The notes beneath the pieces were generated by a model. The model saw nothing but the letters and a program-made list of their open reading frames with translations, was not told the origin of the DNA and ran no database searches. A stretch of 64,000 bases of DNA from Desulfomonilia bacterium (GTDB taxonomy: Bacteria; Desulfobacterota; Desulfomonilia; UBA1062): assembly GCA_963664325.2 (NCBI GenBank), contig CAXXDQ010000008.1, forward strand, positions 96,001-160,000. Direction: 5' to 3'. The position numbers were made by a program, and so were the translations under genes. Positions within the stretch are counted from its first letter, which is position 1; each line of letters begins with the position of its first letter. This document shows, piece after piece, positions 1-11,452 of this stretch.

Positions 1-1217
1 CAATATTCTCTCCACGGCTTATGAATTGCGGCACCTTCTCGGCAACAGCGACGCGAAAGTCCTGATTACAATCGATGCCTACAACCGGCGCTATGAAGAC
101 ATAAAAGGCGACCTTCCTTTATGCCGAGAAATCATCACAACGTCCGGCATGAATGTTGAATCGGCATTTACGCTGATTCTGAAAAATAATCCCCAAACTT
201 TCGAGATCCCGGACATAACCCCCGACGATGCCGCTGTTATGATTTATACGGCCGGCTTGACAGGCAAACCTCTGGGAGCTGTTCTGTCCCATCATAACCT
301 GCTGACCCAATCGGAGCTATTGCGCTGGTTTTTTCATGCTGATGAACAGTTCCGCGGCCTGGCCGTGATCCCTTTTTTCCACTCCTTCGGCGCTGTCGCC
401 AACATGCTGGCCATCATGCGCATCGGCGCCAGTGTCGTGCTCCTGGAACGTTTTACCCTTGACAGTATCTTCAATGCCGTCGAAAAAGAAAAAGTGACGT
501 ACACCTGTGCCGTCCCAAGGCTTTTTCTCGGCATGCTTTTTCATCAGGGGGGAGAAAAATACGATATGTCGTCCCTGAAGTTCTGCGTCACCGGCGGCTC
601 CCCGATGCCGCCGGACTTTATTCCCGTTTTCAAAGAAAGGTTCGGCGCCACACTGGTCGAAGGTTACGGTTTGACGGAAGCTTCCCCGGTCTGTACGGTC
701 ACACGCCTCGATCTGCCCCTCAAGCCCGGTTCCATCGGTACGGTTGTCGCCGGCACCAGGGCCAGAATTGTCGATGAATCCGGCCGTGATCTGCCGGTCC
801 ATACGGAGGGCGAGCTGATCATTCAAGGGGACAACGTCATGAAAGGATATTACAAAAACGAAGAAGCGACGCGCCAGGTCATCAAAGACGGCTGGCTGTA
901 CACCAGCGACCTGGCAAAGATGGATGAAGATGGTTACGTTTTCCTCACCGGCCGCAAGAAAAGAATGATCATCACCAGCGGTTTCAATGTCTATCCCCGT
1001 GAGGTGGAAATCGTACTGGAAATGCATCCGGCCGTAGCTGCGGCCAGGGTTAATGGCCAAGGAGGACTTGATGAGAGGGGAAATCGTCAAAGCGCAAATT
1101 GTCCTGCGCCCCCAGGTGTCGGCTGATGAAAAAGAAATCATGCGCCACTGCCGCGTCTATCTGTCGTCCTATAAACTGCCCAGAGAGGTGGAATTCGTCG
1201 AACAATTGGCGGGGTGA
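1..1217 (+). CDS. Long-chain fatty acid--CoA ligase (5' end outside window; frameshift near 1050)
   Basis: AMP-binding motifs IYTAGLTGKPLG, EGYGLTE, GWLYTSD, SGFNVYPREVE; C-terminus continues in another frame (LSSYKLPREVEFVEQLAG, TGA 1215-1217). Confidence 0.9.
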
Positions 1218-1254
1218 AATTGGGACTTTCCCGTCCCGTAAAGCGATAAAAAAA

Positions 1255-1333
1255 TAGCCGGGATCGGAAAATCCCGGCTATCGACAATCGATTATTGAAA
1301 CAGAGGGCAAGTTATTCAAACTGCCCTCTGTTT
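1255..1333. terminator. Two hairpins between convergent genes
   Basis: TAGCCGGGAT-cggaaa-ATCCCGGCTA and AAACAGAGGGCA...TGCCCTCTGTTT with A/T tails. Confidence 0.7.
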
Positions 1334-1342
1334 TGTTTGTGG

Positions 1343-3571
1343 CTACGCCTGGCAGACTTCCACAGGCGCTTTTTCCTCCTCCAGGCCCATGGCCTTCCAG
1401 ACGATTTCGGCAATATCCAGAGCCGTGACGCTTTCTTCCTTGCCGTGGCTCTTGATGCCGTCACTCATCATGGTCAGACAGAACGGGCACCCGACGGCAA
1501 TCGTATCGGCTTTCACATCAATGGCCTGTTTGGCCCGGGCATCATTGATGCGGTCGCCGTGCTCTTCCATCCACATGCGGGCGCCGCCGGCACCGCAGCA
1601 GAAACTCTTGCCGAGGTTTCGTTCCATCTCTACAAGCTGCAAACCCGGAATGGCTTTCAACGCCTTACGGGGCTGCTCATAGACATGGTTGTAACGGCCC
1701 AGGAAACAGGAATCATGATACGTAAATCGTCCGTCAACGGGTTTCCTCAATTTAATCTTGCCCTGGGCAATGAGGTCGGCGATAATTTCCGAATGATGAT
1801 AAACCTCAAACTTTCCGCCGAAGTGCGGATAATCCTTCTTCAGGGCATTATACCCATGGGGGCACGTTGCGATGACTTTTTTGACGCCGTAGGCATTCAT
1901 CACTTCAATATTAGCCTGCGCCATAGTCTGATAGAGGTATTCATTGCCGCCTCTCATGGCCGAATCTCCGCAGCAGCTTTCTTCATTTCCCAGAATCCCG
2001 AAACTGACGCCCGCTGCCTGCAGTACCTTGGCCAGGGCCACGGAGACTTTTTTGCCGCGGTCATCAAAGGATCCGGCGCATCCGACATAGAACAGGTATT
2101 CCACATTCGGATCTTCCGCCAATGTTTTCACACCTAATTCCTTTGCCCAGTCTGCCCGAAGATGCGATCCCACACCCCAGGGGTTGGAATTGTTTTCCAT
2201 ATTCCGGTAAGTCAGTTGCAATTCGGCGGCAAAATCGGCTTCCATGAGGACCTTGTACTGTCTCATGCCGATAATCTTGGGAACGTGCTCTATGGCTGCC
2301 GAGCAGTTTTCCATACAGTACATGCAATTTGTACAGGCCCAGAGTTCATCCAGGTTGATGACCTCACCGACCAGTGCTTTTTCCGTTGGCGCTGGGACGG
2401 GCGGCAGATTGGCATCGACAATCTTATCCAGTTTATCCAGCCACTGCAGTGCCGTTTTCGCCTTGCTGCACTTCGCCTGCTTCGTTTCATCGCCTTCGGC
2501 TTCGCTCACTTCGGCGAGCAGTTCCGCCTTTTTTGCGGCTATGGCAGCCGGTGCTTTCTCTACCCAATAGCTCTTCAGATCCTGAATCATCTTCTTTGGA
2601 GAAAGAGGTTTCCCCGTCAGGTAAGCCGGACAGCCGTCCTGACACCGGCCGCAGCGTGTGCAGGCATCGGCGTCAAAGACCTGTTTCCAGGTAAATTCCT
2701 CCAGGGTTCCCACACCAAAGGCCTCGGCATTTTCAAAGTCCCTGATGGGTTCCACGGTCCCCGTCGGTTTCATCGTGGCCATGAAATAGTTCGCCGGTGT
2801 TGTCACCAGATGGAGCATTCGTGAGAAGGGAATATAGGCGATGAACCCGAGAGCGATAAAGGTATGAATCCACCAAAGCGCTTTGTGCATGGCCAGTGCG
2901 GTTGCCGTTTCAACACCGGCCAAGGCCTTGGCCAAGGTCCATCCGACAAAGGACCAGACTTCCCAGGGGGTCTGCTGCCACGTGACATGTATCCTCATTG
3001 CTTCAATAAAAAAGCCTGTGATGATGATGCCGGCAATCAGTAACAGGACAATGGCATCGTCTGGTGTGGAATCGGATTTTCCCCGATAGCCCAAACGTTC
3101 CGGCTTGGTCAGATAACGCCGGTCAATGGCGATGAATACGCCGATCAAAACGGCCAATCCCGCAAAATCCATAAGAAACGAGAAAAAAAGATAAAATTTC
3201 CCGGTCAGAAAGGGAACGTGGAGCGGCTCGGCTACATGAAATTCCGTGGCATCAAACGCCGCGCCAAAGAAAAGGACAAGAAACCCAAAGAAAATCAACC
3301 CGTGCATGATGCCCGGGAAAAGATCCTGCAAAACTTTTACCTGTAGAAGACCATTGCGCAGGAGATTCTTGATGCGATCGTTTCTGTTATCGGTTCGATC
3401 TTCCGGCTCCGGTTTGCCGATGGCGGACCACATGAGCCAGCGGCGATAGAGTCCGTAAGCAAATATTACAAAGGCGATTCCTGTAAACAAAAACAGAAAC
3501 AGCTCAAAATGCTGAGCATTCCAAAAAACCTCCCTGCCTTCATGGCCTATCTTGAACTGTGATAGCTCCAT
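1343..3571 (-). CDS. Membrane Fe-S oxidoreductase (DUF224/HdrD-GlpC-like; probable ETF:(methyl)menaquinone oxidoreductase)
   Basis: N-terminal TM helices with His residues (NarI-like), CxxCxxCxxxCP, CTNCMYCMENC, two CCG domains (ESCCG, SFCCGAGG); adjacent to etfAB. Confidence 0.88.
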   Translation of the reverse strand: MELSQFKIGHEGREVFWNAQHFELFLFLFTGIAFVIFAYGLYRRWLMWSAIGKPEPEDRTDNRNDRIKNLLRNGLLQVKVLQDLFPGIMHGLIFFGFLVLFFGAAFDATEFHVAEPLHVPFLTGKFYLFFSFLMDFAGLAVLIGVFIAIDRRYLTKPERLGYRGKSDSTPDDAIVLLLIAGIIITGFFIEAMRIHVTWQQTPWEVWSFVGWTLAKALAGVETATALAMHKALWWIHTFIALGFIAYIPFSRMLHLVTTPANYFMATMKPTGTVEPIRDFENAEAFGVGTLEEFTWKQVFDADACTRCGRCQDGCPAYLTGKPLSPKKMIQDLKSYWVEKAPAAIAAKKAELLAEVSEAEGDETKQAKCSKAKTALQWLDKLDKIVDANLPPVPAPTEKALVGEVINLDELWACTNCMYCMENCSAAIEHVPKIIGMRQYKVLMEADFAAELQLTYRNMENNSNPWGVGSHLRADWAKELGVKTLAEDPNVEYLFYVGCAGSFDDRGKKVSVALAKVLQAAGVSFGILGNEESCCGDSAMRGGNEYLYQTMAQANIEVMNAYGVKKVIATCPHGYNALKKDYPHFGGKFEVYHHSEIIADLIAQGKIKLRKPVDGRFTYHDSCFLGRYNHVYEQPRKALKAIPGLQLVEMERNLGKSFCCGAGGARMWMEEHGDRINDARAKQAIDVKADTIAVGCPFCLTMMSDGIKSHGKEESVTALDIAEIVWKAMGLEEEKAPVEVCQA

Positions 3572-3628
3572 ATCGCCTCCAAAAAAATGGGGGAGCGGTT
3601 TTCCCGCCCCCCCTGATGAATGTCATTT

Positions 3629-4606
3629 TTAAGCAAGGAGTTTCTTAACCTCTTTGGTCACTTCAGGGACCACTTTGAAGAGATCGTCGACAACACCGTA
3701 GTCTGCTTTCTGGAAAATGGGCGCTTCGGCATCTTTATTGATAGCGACGATAAATTTCGAAGAACTCATGCCCGCCAGATGCTGAATGGCACCGGAAATA
3801 CCGCATGCGATATAGAGATTGGGGGAGACAACCTTTCCCGTCTGGCCGACCTGATCGGACTGGGGCCGCCAGCCCGCATCGACTGCCGCACGGGAAGCGC
3901 CGACTGCCGCACCCAAAAGGGCTGCCAATTCTTCAAGAATGCCGTAACCCTCGGGGCCTTTCATACCGCGGCCGCCCGATACGATCACATTGGCCTCGGC
4001 CACATCGATCTTGCCCGCCGCTTCTTTTTGCACTTCCACGACCTTTGCTTTTACATCGCCGACAGCAGCGTCAATTTTAATAACCTGGGCAGCCTTGGCA
4101 TTTTCCACGATGGTAAACACATTGGGCCGCAGGGAGGCCATCTGGGGTGATCCTGAAACCACCACTTCACCGAAGCACTTGCCCGCATACATGGGCCGGA
4201 TGGCCAGCAGTTTCCCGCCGTCGATCTTAACATCCGTACAATCCGTTGCCATGCCGGTAGCCAATTTGCCCACCAAAGCCGAAGACAGGTCCTTGCCCAG
4301 GGCAGACGCGCCGAGAAGCAGAATCGCGGGATCGTTCTCTTTCACCACTTTGGCGATAACGGTGGCATAGCCGCCTGTTGAGTAAGGTTCAAGAGCGGCA
4401 TCGTCCGCCACATATACTTTATCCACACCATATTTTCCAAGCTCGGCGGCCATGGCTTCCACACCCGAACCGCACAGAACGGCGCCGACCTCATCACCAA
4501 GCTGATCCGCCAATTTCCTGGCCGTGCTGGCCAATTCGAAACTGACCTTTCTCAAGGCGCCGTCCCTCTGTTCTGCTACTATCCATACACCTTTTGCCAT
4601 TTTCAC
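3629..4606 (-). CDS. etfA: Electron transfer flavoprotein alpha subunit
   Basis: VSGGRG, GASRAAVDAG, QVGQTGK, GISGAIQH motifs. Confidence 0.97.
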   Translation of the reverse strand: MKMAKGVWIVAEQRDGALRKVSFELASTARKLADQLGDEVGAVLCGSGVEAMAAELGKYGVDKVYVADDAALEPYSTGGYATVIAKVVKENDPAILLLGASALGKDLSSALVGKLATGMATDCTDVKIDGGKLLAIRPMYAGKCFGEVVVSGSPQMASLRPNVFTIVENAKAAQVIKIDAAVGDVKAKVVEVQKEAAGKIDVAEANVIVSGGRGMKGPEGYGILEELAALLGAAVGASRAAVDAGWRPQSDQVGQTGKVVSPNLYIACGISGAIQHLAGMSSSKFIVAINKDAEAPIFQKADYGVVDDLFKVVPEVTKEVKKLLA

Positions 4607-4629
4607 TTTCCTCCGTGATCAAGAATGAA

Positions 4630-5413
4630 TTAAATAACCTTTGCCTCTTCCCTAAGGAGCTTCACCAGCTCAGCCGCTTTTCCTTCGGGCGTATCATCAG
4701 CGCAAATGATCTTTCCGGGAGGTCTTGCCGGAGGCGGTACGAATTTAACGACCTTGGACTTCGATTCCCCTGCAATGCCGAGAGCCGCCGCATTCTTCAG
4801 ATCAACCGGTTTCTTCTTGGCCTTCATGATCCCGGGCAGCGAGGCGTAACGAGGTTCATTCAGCCCCTTGGTCGCCGTGGTCGATCACGCAGGGCAGGGC
4901 GGTTTCGATGACCAACTGGGCGCCTTCGATAGGCCTGACTGCTTTGGCCGACGCGCCGCTGATTTCCAGCTTTGACACCATGGTCACCTGAGGAATGCCG
5001 AGGAGTTCGGCCAAAATGGAGCCAATCTGGCCCGGAATCATCGTCAATCGCGCGCTGTCCACAGAAAATGATGAAGTCATAAGGTCATGCCTTTGCTGGC
5101 AGCAGCAAGCGCTTCTGCAGTGGGCATAGGCATCGGCATTGTACAAAGCCGGGTCATCAATATGGATACCCTTCTCAACGCCCATGGCCAATGCGGTGCG
5201 GATGGTCTCCATGGCTCTGGCAGGGCCGATGGATACGATGGTAACATCTCCGCCAAGTTTCTCTTTCAGTTTAAGGGCTTCTTCGACACCGAATTCATCA
5301 TAGGGGTTCATAACCCATTTGATGCCGCCCTCTTCGATTCCCGATCCGTCACCTTTGACTTTGATCTGGGCTTCCGTATCCGGAACTTGCTTTACACATG
5401 CAACAATATTCAC
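4630..5413 (-). CDS. etfB: Electron transfer flavoprotein beta subunit (frameshifted)
   Basis: GTG start after AGGAGG; CVKQVPD, NPYDEFGVEEA; C-terminus MKAKKKP...LREEAKVI in another frame. Confidence 0.93.
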
Positions 5414-5526
5414 ACCTTCCTCCTTCCCGAATGCCGGTCGGCAACCGCCGAAGCGCCATTCAGCGTTATAAAATTGGGTTCTAAAATAAATGGGGGCGGA
5501 TGTGAAAACCGCCCCCGGTATCAATC

Positions 5527-7499
5527 TTACAATCTGTTCTTCACGATATCGTCAACAACCGGATCGGATCGGCCAATGTTGAAGTATCACCCAAGTTGGA
5601 GATATCATTGGCGGCAACCTTTTTGAGGATTCTTCTCATAATCTTGCCGCTGCGGGTCTTGGGAAGTCCGTCGGCCCACTGGATTTTTTCCGGTGTCGCA
5701 ATGGGTCCGATCAACGTCCGGACATGGGCCACCAATTCTTTCTTCAGGTCGTCAGTTTTCTCGATGCCGCTCTTCAGTGTGACATAGGCGTAAATGGACT
5801 GGCCCTTCAGGTCATGGGGATAGCCGACAACGGCGGCTTCGGCCACTTTGGCATGGGCCACGAGGGCGCTTTCCACTTCCGCCGTGCCCATACGATGGCC
5901 GGACACATTGATGACGTCGTCGATGCGACCCGTAATCTGATAGTATCCGTCCTTGTCTCTGCGGCAGCCGTCGCCCGTCACATAGTAACCGGGGAACTGC
6001 TCGAAATAGGTTTCCTGGAAACGCTTGGGATCACCATACACACCGCGCATAATGCCGGGCCAGGGACGTTTGATGCAGAGGGCGCCGGAGGCTTCCGTTT
6101 CCTTGAATTCCTTGCCTTCGTCATCGACCAGAACCGGCTCGACACCCATGAAGGGCATGGTGGCCATACCGGGTTTGATGTCAATGGCGCCGGGCAATGG
6201 GGTAATGAGGATGCCGCCTGTTTCGGTCTGCCACCAGGTGTCCACGATGGGACATTCGCCGCGGCCGATCACATTATAATACCAGTTCCAGGCTTCGGGG
6301 TTGATGGGTTCACCGACCGTGCCGAGGATTCTCAGAGAGGAGATATCGGCTTTTTTCACCCAGTCATTGCCTTCCTTGGCCACGGCGCGGATGGCGGTGG
6401 GGGCCGTATAGAAGATATTGACCTTGTATTTTTCGACCACTTTCCAGAAGCGGCTGACATCGGGATAGTTGGGCACGCCCTCAAACATGACGGAGGTGGC
6501 GCCGTTGGCCAGGGGACCGTAAACGATGTAGGAATGACCCGTGACCCAGCCGATATCGGCGGTGCACCAGTAGATTTCGTTTTCCTTATAGTCGAAGATC
6601 ATCTTGTGCGTATAGGCCACATAAACCAGATAGCCGCCGGTGGTGTGCATGACGCCCTTGGGTTTGCCCGTCGAGCCGGACGTGTAGAGAATGAAGAGGG
6701 GATCTTCCGCATCCATCCATTCGGGCGCGCATTCGGCGGAGGCCTTTGCCATGACATCATCCCACCACAGGTCGCGGTTAGCGTCCCAATTGACTTTGAT
6801 CTTGTCGCCGACGCGTTTCACGACGATCTGCTTTTCAATGGAGGGGCAATCCTTGATGGCGGCATCGGAACTGTCCTTCTGGGGAACGGCCTTGGCGCCG
6901 CGGAACGTGCCGTCGCAGGTCACGAGCAGTTTGGACTGGCAATCCTGGATTCGGTCGCGGAGGGCGTCGGAGCTGAAACCGCCGAAGACGATGGTGTGGA
7001 TGGCGCCGATGCGCGTACAGGCCAGCATGGCAATGGCCAGTTCGGGAATCATGGGCAGAAACAGCGTAACACGGTCGCCTTTCTGGATACCCTGGGCTTT
7101 CAGGACATTGGCGAATTTACAGACCAGTTCGTGGAGCTCTTTGTACGTGATGGCCCGGTCATCGCCCGGTTCGTTGCCTTCAAACTGGATGGCAACTTTA
7201 TTGGCGCGGGTTTTCAGGTTTTTGTCCAGGCAGTTGTAAGAAACATTGAGTTTCCCGCCTTCATAAAATTTCACGTAAACGGGACCCTTTTTGATGTCAA
7301 AGTTATAATCCATAACTTTTTCAAAAGGTTTGAACCATTCGACATACTCTTTGGCGATTTCCGCCCAGAAAGCATCGGGCTCTTCAATCGAACGTTTCCA
7401 AAGTTTGTCGTACGCCTCCCGACCGCTGACATAGGCCATGTTCTTGACCTTTTCCGGTACGGGATAGATATCCTTCAACTGTACTTTTTCATCTGCCAT
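5527..7499 (-). CDS. acs: AMP-forming acetyl-CoA synthetase
   Basis: [32 protein letters not shown]; frameshift in the last ~10 codons. Confidence 0.96.
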
Positions 7500-8023
7500 A
7501 TGATTTCACTACCTCCCATTTTCTATTGCTTTTATTTTTTTTTACGGTTTTTTTGTTCCTTGATTGAATTTAAGCCCGCAAATCCTGAACCTCGGTCACT
7601 GTCAATGCGAAACAATATCGCTGAAAGATTCGAGGGGACAACATCTTGACGCGCTTGCAGTATCTCAATATGCCTTTAGTGTCAAGAAATATTTTGCGAT
7701 TTTTGCCCTTTTCGCCTCCCGAACCGGGAGAAGGGAACGCGTGTTGAAAATACCAATGGCATTGCGCAAATGTGTCTTTATCAACACACCGGACTGTGTC
7801 GGGATTTCCCTTTTTCCGGGAGCCGGCAACACAGTCGATTAACATTCCAATATTAAGATATGCAACAGAGTCCCTATCCGCAGCTATTTATGTCATCATG
7901 AGCGATTCTTTTATTTTTCAGCCAGTTACAACGATCATACCCTTGCTGGCTCCATCATTCGGGGATTGAGGGGGATTCCGGCAATGGTCAATCATCAGCT
8001 GGGTGTCCATGCCATGGTCGTCC

Positions 8024-8039
8024 TGGTACACGTGTTGCA
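8024..8039 (+). promoter_or_regulatory. Sigma54 -24/-12 promoter
   Basis: TGGTAC-ACGTG-TTGCA matches TGGCAC-N5-TTGCW with the required spacing; intergenic, upstream of the porin-like gene. Confidence 0.6.
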
Positions 8040-8275
8040 TTCGACAATTCTGACGAAAGCCTTTTCTTAAGGCGGCAATTTTTGTCGAAAAGCTTGACGA
8101 CAACCGGACGGGGTGTTAAGGTGCCGGGAATTCAAAAAGCGAAAGGGGGAGGATAAAGGCACGGAATCAAAAACATGATTAAGTTGTGAAGCGGACGTTT
8201 TCAGCGTTCTCCCGAAACATGCCCGGGGAGAATCAAACAAAACAAACAAAGGAAAAAGCGTTTTAGGAGGAAAAA

Positions 8276-9895
8276 ATGAAGAGATTTTTATTAGTCATGC
8301 TATCGCTGGGGCTGCTCGCGGCCTTTGCGATGCCCGCTGCCGCCGTTGAGTTCAAGATCGGCGGTACGTGGTATATGCAGGGATTCTACATGGACAATTA
8401 TTCCCTGTTGGACAAGAACACCACGTATCCCTCGGATCCGTCCTGGGGCACCAGCACCTACGCCAACACCAACCGTAAAATGAACCGTGGCGCCATTGCA
8501 ATGTATACGCATAAATTGACACTGCGTCCCATGGTCCAGATTGCGGAAGGTCTTTCCTTCCATATGCAGATGGATGCTTTGGAAGGCGTGATGGGCGATC
8601 CCACCTGGACGAACGGCACCCAGACCAACCAGCGGACGAGCAACCTGACGTCCAGCCGGTCCAGCATCGGCGGCAATGCCGCTCTGGTGCAGGAAAATAT
8701 TGAATTTGAACAGGCCTTCATCAAATTCAAGACCGGTATCGGCCAGTTCACGGCCGGTTATTTCTATCCCACGATGGACTTCTTCGGTACCCAGTTCCTG
8801 CAGCAGCCCTATACCCGGTCCGCCATCTCCTTGACGAACACCTTCGGCCCCCTGACCCTCACCGCCGATATCGTCAAAATGCGTGAATGGAGAAACCGGA
8901 GCTTCTACGGCGGCCAGGCCGGAGCAAATCTCATTACCAACCTGCCCACCAGCTACAATACGGCCCAGAGCAACGGCGTCAACAATGATGCCGACGGCGA
9001 TATATACGGCCTGTACGGTATTTTCAAATTCAAACCCGGCGAAGTCGGTTTGGCTTTTGAATACTGGCGGGATTCCGGGTTCAAGGCAATCCCTGGTTTA
9101 GTGACGAACCCGATCGGCGGCGCTGCCAACACCAATGGTTATGTTCTGCAGCTCAACAGAGTCAACCCCTACACGAAATTACGGTTTGGGCCTGTCTACA
9201 TCGAAGCGGAAGGTTACTACAGCTTCGGTAGCCTGATGAAATGGGAAACCGTCACGGCCGCTGGTGCACAGCAGCCCCCGGATATTACGCTCAGCGCTTT
9301 CGGCGCCTATGTCAATGCCCAGGTCGATGTGAAACCCTTCTTCGCAGGCTTGAAGTTCATCTACAAGAGCGGCGACGACTATAAGAACGCCGACAAGCGG
9401 ACAGGCGGCATTGCGACACTGTACGCCGACGACTACGGCACACCCGTTGCCGGCACCCTGATCCTCTACAATACCGACTATGCCGATCCTCTGGGCTTCG
9501 CCTACGGAAACGCGACGGTTCCCGTTGCGCGCTACATCGACAACGTCTGGTTCTATCAGCTCTATGCCGGTATCAACCCCACGGACAAGCTGAATATTAC
9601 AGCCAGGGTCTCCTACGCAGTAGCAGACCAGAAGCCCAAATCAGCTTACGGTGCCACAGGTGCATTGAAAGACCTGTATGGCAATGCTGTTGCTGCTCCT
9701 GGCATCAAAGAGTACGTATCGGATAAATATGGTACGGAAGTTGACCTCGTTGCCAACTACAAACTGTTTGACAATCTGACCTACACGGTCGGCGGCGCCT
9801 ACCTGTTCGTCGGCGATTACTTCAAGGGATACGATGCAGATGCGAAAATTAAGGACAACTACCTGCTTATGCACAAACTGACCTTAATGTTCTAA
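8276..9895 (+). CDS. Outer-membrane beta-barrel (porin-like) protein
   Basis: Signal peptide (AMPAAA), amphipathic beta strands, GTEVDLVANY and C-terminal Phe; strong SD AGGAGG. Confidence 0.8.
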   Translation: MKRFLLVMLSLGLLAAFAMPAAAVEFKIGGTWYMQGFYMDNYSLLDKNTTYPSDPSWGTSTYANTNRKMNRGAIAMYTHKLTLRPMVQIAEGLSFHMQMDALEGVMGDPTWTNGTQTNQRTSNLTSSRSSIGGNAALVQENIEFEQAFIKFKTGIGQFTAGYFYPTMDFFGTQFLQQPYTRSAISLTNTFGPLTLTADIVKMREWRNRSFYGGQAGANLITNLPTSYNTAQSNGVNNDADGDIYGLYGIFKFKPGEVGLAFEYWRDSGFKAIPGLVTNPIGGAANTNGYVLQLNRVNPYTKLRFGPVYIEAEGYYSFGSLMKWETVTAAGAQQPPDITLSAFGAYVNAQVDVKPFFAGLKFIYKSGDDYKNADKRTGGIATLYADDYGTPVAGTLILYNTDYADPLGFAYGNATVPVARYIDNVWFYQLYAGINPTDKLNITARVSYAVADQKPKSAYGATGALKDLYGNAVAAPGIKEYVSDKYGTEVDLVANYKLFDNLTYTVGGAYLFVGDYFKGYDADAKIKDNYLLMHKLTLMF

Positions 9896-9940
9896 GTTTC
9901 CCTTTGCCTAGCGCATAAGACGCGCAACGCGACATGACAG

Positions 9941-9971
9941 AGCCCCGGGGGCGCACCCCGGGGCTTTTTCT
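9941..9971 (+). terminator. Rho-independent terminator
   Basis: AGCCCCGGGG-gcgca-CCCCGGGGCT followed by T tract. Confidence 0.85.
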
Positions 9972-10121
9972 TTGCTTTGTCCCGGTTTCCTTTTCATCTC
10001 GCCATTGACAAACAGGGGATGTCTCTCTTATAGGTATCCCAGATTTTTTAAATTCTACATTTCAGGCCATGACGGGAAAGTCATGCGAATGGTAATTCAT
10101 TTAGGCTGAGACGTAACGTTT

Positions 10122-11192
10122 ATGCATGAAAATACCGTGCTATGTTTGTTTGTGTTTCTGCCCCTTCTCTTCGGCGGCGGACTCCTGCTCTTTGCCCGGC
10201 GTACAGACCGGAGCGGTCAACCGGTCCGATGGCCCCGGCTCGTCATGGGCAATCTGCTGGTCCTCCTGTTTCTCGTTTCGTTTTTGCCTCCGGCAGGCGA
10301 GATCTATTACCGCTTTTTCTATGATACCACCGATGCCCTTTATTACACCAAGGTCAGCCAGCGCTGGTTCCAGCGACATTGGCACACAAACTCGAACGGC
10401 ATCCGGGACAATATGGAATACCCGGCGCCATTGACGCCGGGCAAGCGCCGCATCACGTTCATTGGCGATTCCTTTACCGCCGGTCACGGCATCCGGGACA
10501 TTGAAGACCGCTTTGTCAATCGTATCCGCCGCGCCCATCCCGAATGGGAGGTGCATATGATCGCCATGCCGGGCTTCGATACGGGCAATGAACTGGAAAG
10601 TTTTACACGGCTGCTGCAGGCCAACTACGAGGTGGACATCGTCGTACTGGTCTATTGCCTCAACGACATTTCGGATATGATGCCGGAATTCTATGACGCC
10701 GTCAATCGCCTGAGAGCCGATGCCCGTCAGAGCGGCTGGCTGCAGCGTAACAGCTATTTTGTCAATATTCTTTATCACCGCCTCAACGTGCGGCGGGAGC
10801 CGATTATGAAGGATTACTTTTCCTTTGTCGGAGCAGGTTACAGAGGCCCCCTTGGGGACCGGCAGAAAGAGCGGCTCAAAGCCCTGCACGATCTCGTTCA
10901 ATCCCATAAAGGCCGGCTCGTCGTGGTGACCTTTCCTTTCCTCAATGCACTCGGTTCCCGTTATGATTACCGGGACGTTCATGCAATGCTGGACCGTTAT
11001 TGGCAGACATTGCACGTGGCCCATCTGGATTTGCTGCCCCTGTATGAACATCTGCCGCCGCAAAAAATGACGATCAGCCCGTATGATGCCCACCCGAACG
11101 AGTATGCCAGCCGTTTGGCAGCCGATGCCATGGATGCCTTTCTGAGCACCCTGCTGACCGGCAAACCTGCCGGCCCGGCAAAAGCGCCTTGA
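10122..11192 (+). CDS. SGNH/GDSL-family hydrolase with N-terminal TM segments
   Basis: FIGDSFTAG, YCLND, DAHPN motifs. Confidence 0.85.
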   Translation: MHENTVLCLFVFLPLLFGGGLLLFARRTDRSGQPVRWPRLVMGNLLVLLFLVSFLPPAGEIYYRFFYDTTDALYYTKVSQRWFQRHWHTNSNGIRDNMEYPAPLTPGKRRITFIGDSFTAGHGIRDIEDRFVNRIRRAHPEWEVHMIAMPGFDTGNELESFTRLLQANYEVDIVVLVYCLNDISDMMPEFYDAVNRLRADARQSGWLQRNSYFVNILYHRLNVRREPIMKDYFSFVGAGYRGPLGDRQKERLKALHDLVQSHKGRLVVVTFPFLNALGSRYDYRDVHAMLDRYWQTLHVAHLDLLPLYEHLPPQKMTISPYDAHPNEYASRLAADAMDAFLSTLLTGKPAGPAKAP

Positions 11193-11239
11193 CCGTCATG
11201 CTGCTTCATGATATTTTAATGCCATAAGGATGATGAATC

Positions 11240-11443
11240 ATGCCCCTTTATGACTTTGAATGCACAAAATGCGGCCATACCTTTGAAGCCTTCTTAAAGA
11301 TGAGCGATCGTTACGATGAGATGCCCTGCCCGCAATGCGGCGCCATAAACCCCAGGAAACTCGTAACCCCCTTCCGGACGAATGCCTGGTCTTCCTTTCT
11401 CGACAAAATGGAAAGAAAAATCAGCCCGGAAAAGTTCAAATGA
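11240..11443 (+). CDS. FmdB-family zinc-ribbon protein
   Basis: MPLYDFECTKCGHTFE...CPQCG. Confidence 0.9.
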   Translation: MPLYDFECTKCGHTFEAFLKMSDRYDEMPCPQCGAINPRKLVTPFRTNAWSSFLDKMERKISPEKFK

Positions 11444-11452
11444 GAGGCTGTC

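Noticed and set aside
5724-7649. Long antisense ORFs (641 aa here; also opposite etfA, the SGNH gene, the MFS gene and groEL)
   Set aside because: Shadow frames of well-identified genes, with no motifs of their own.
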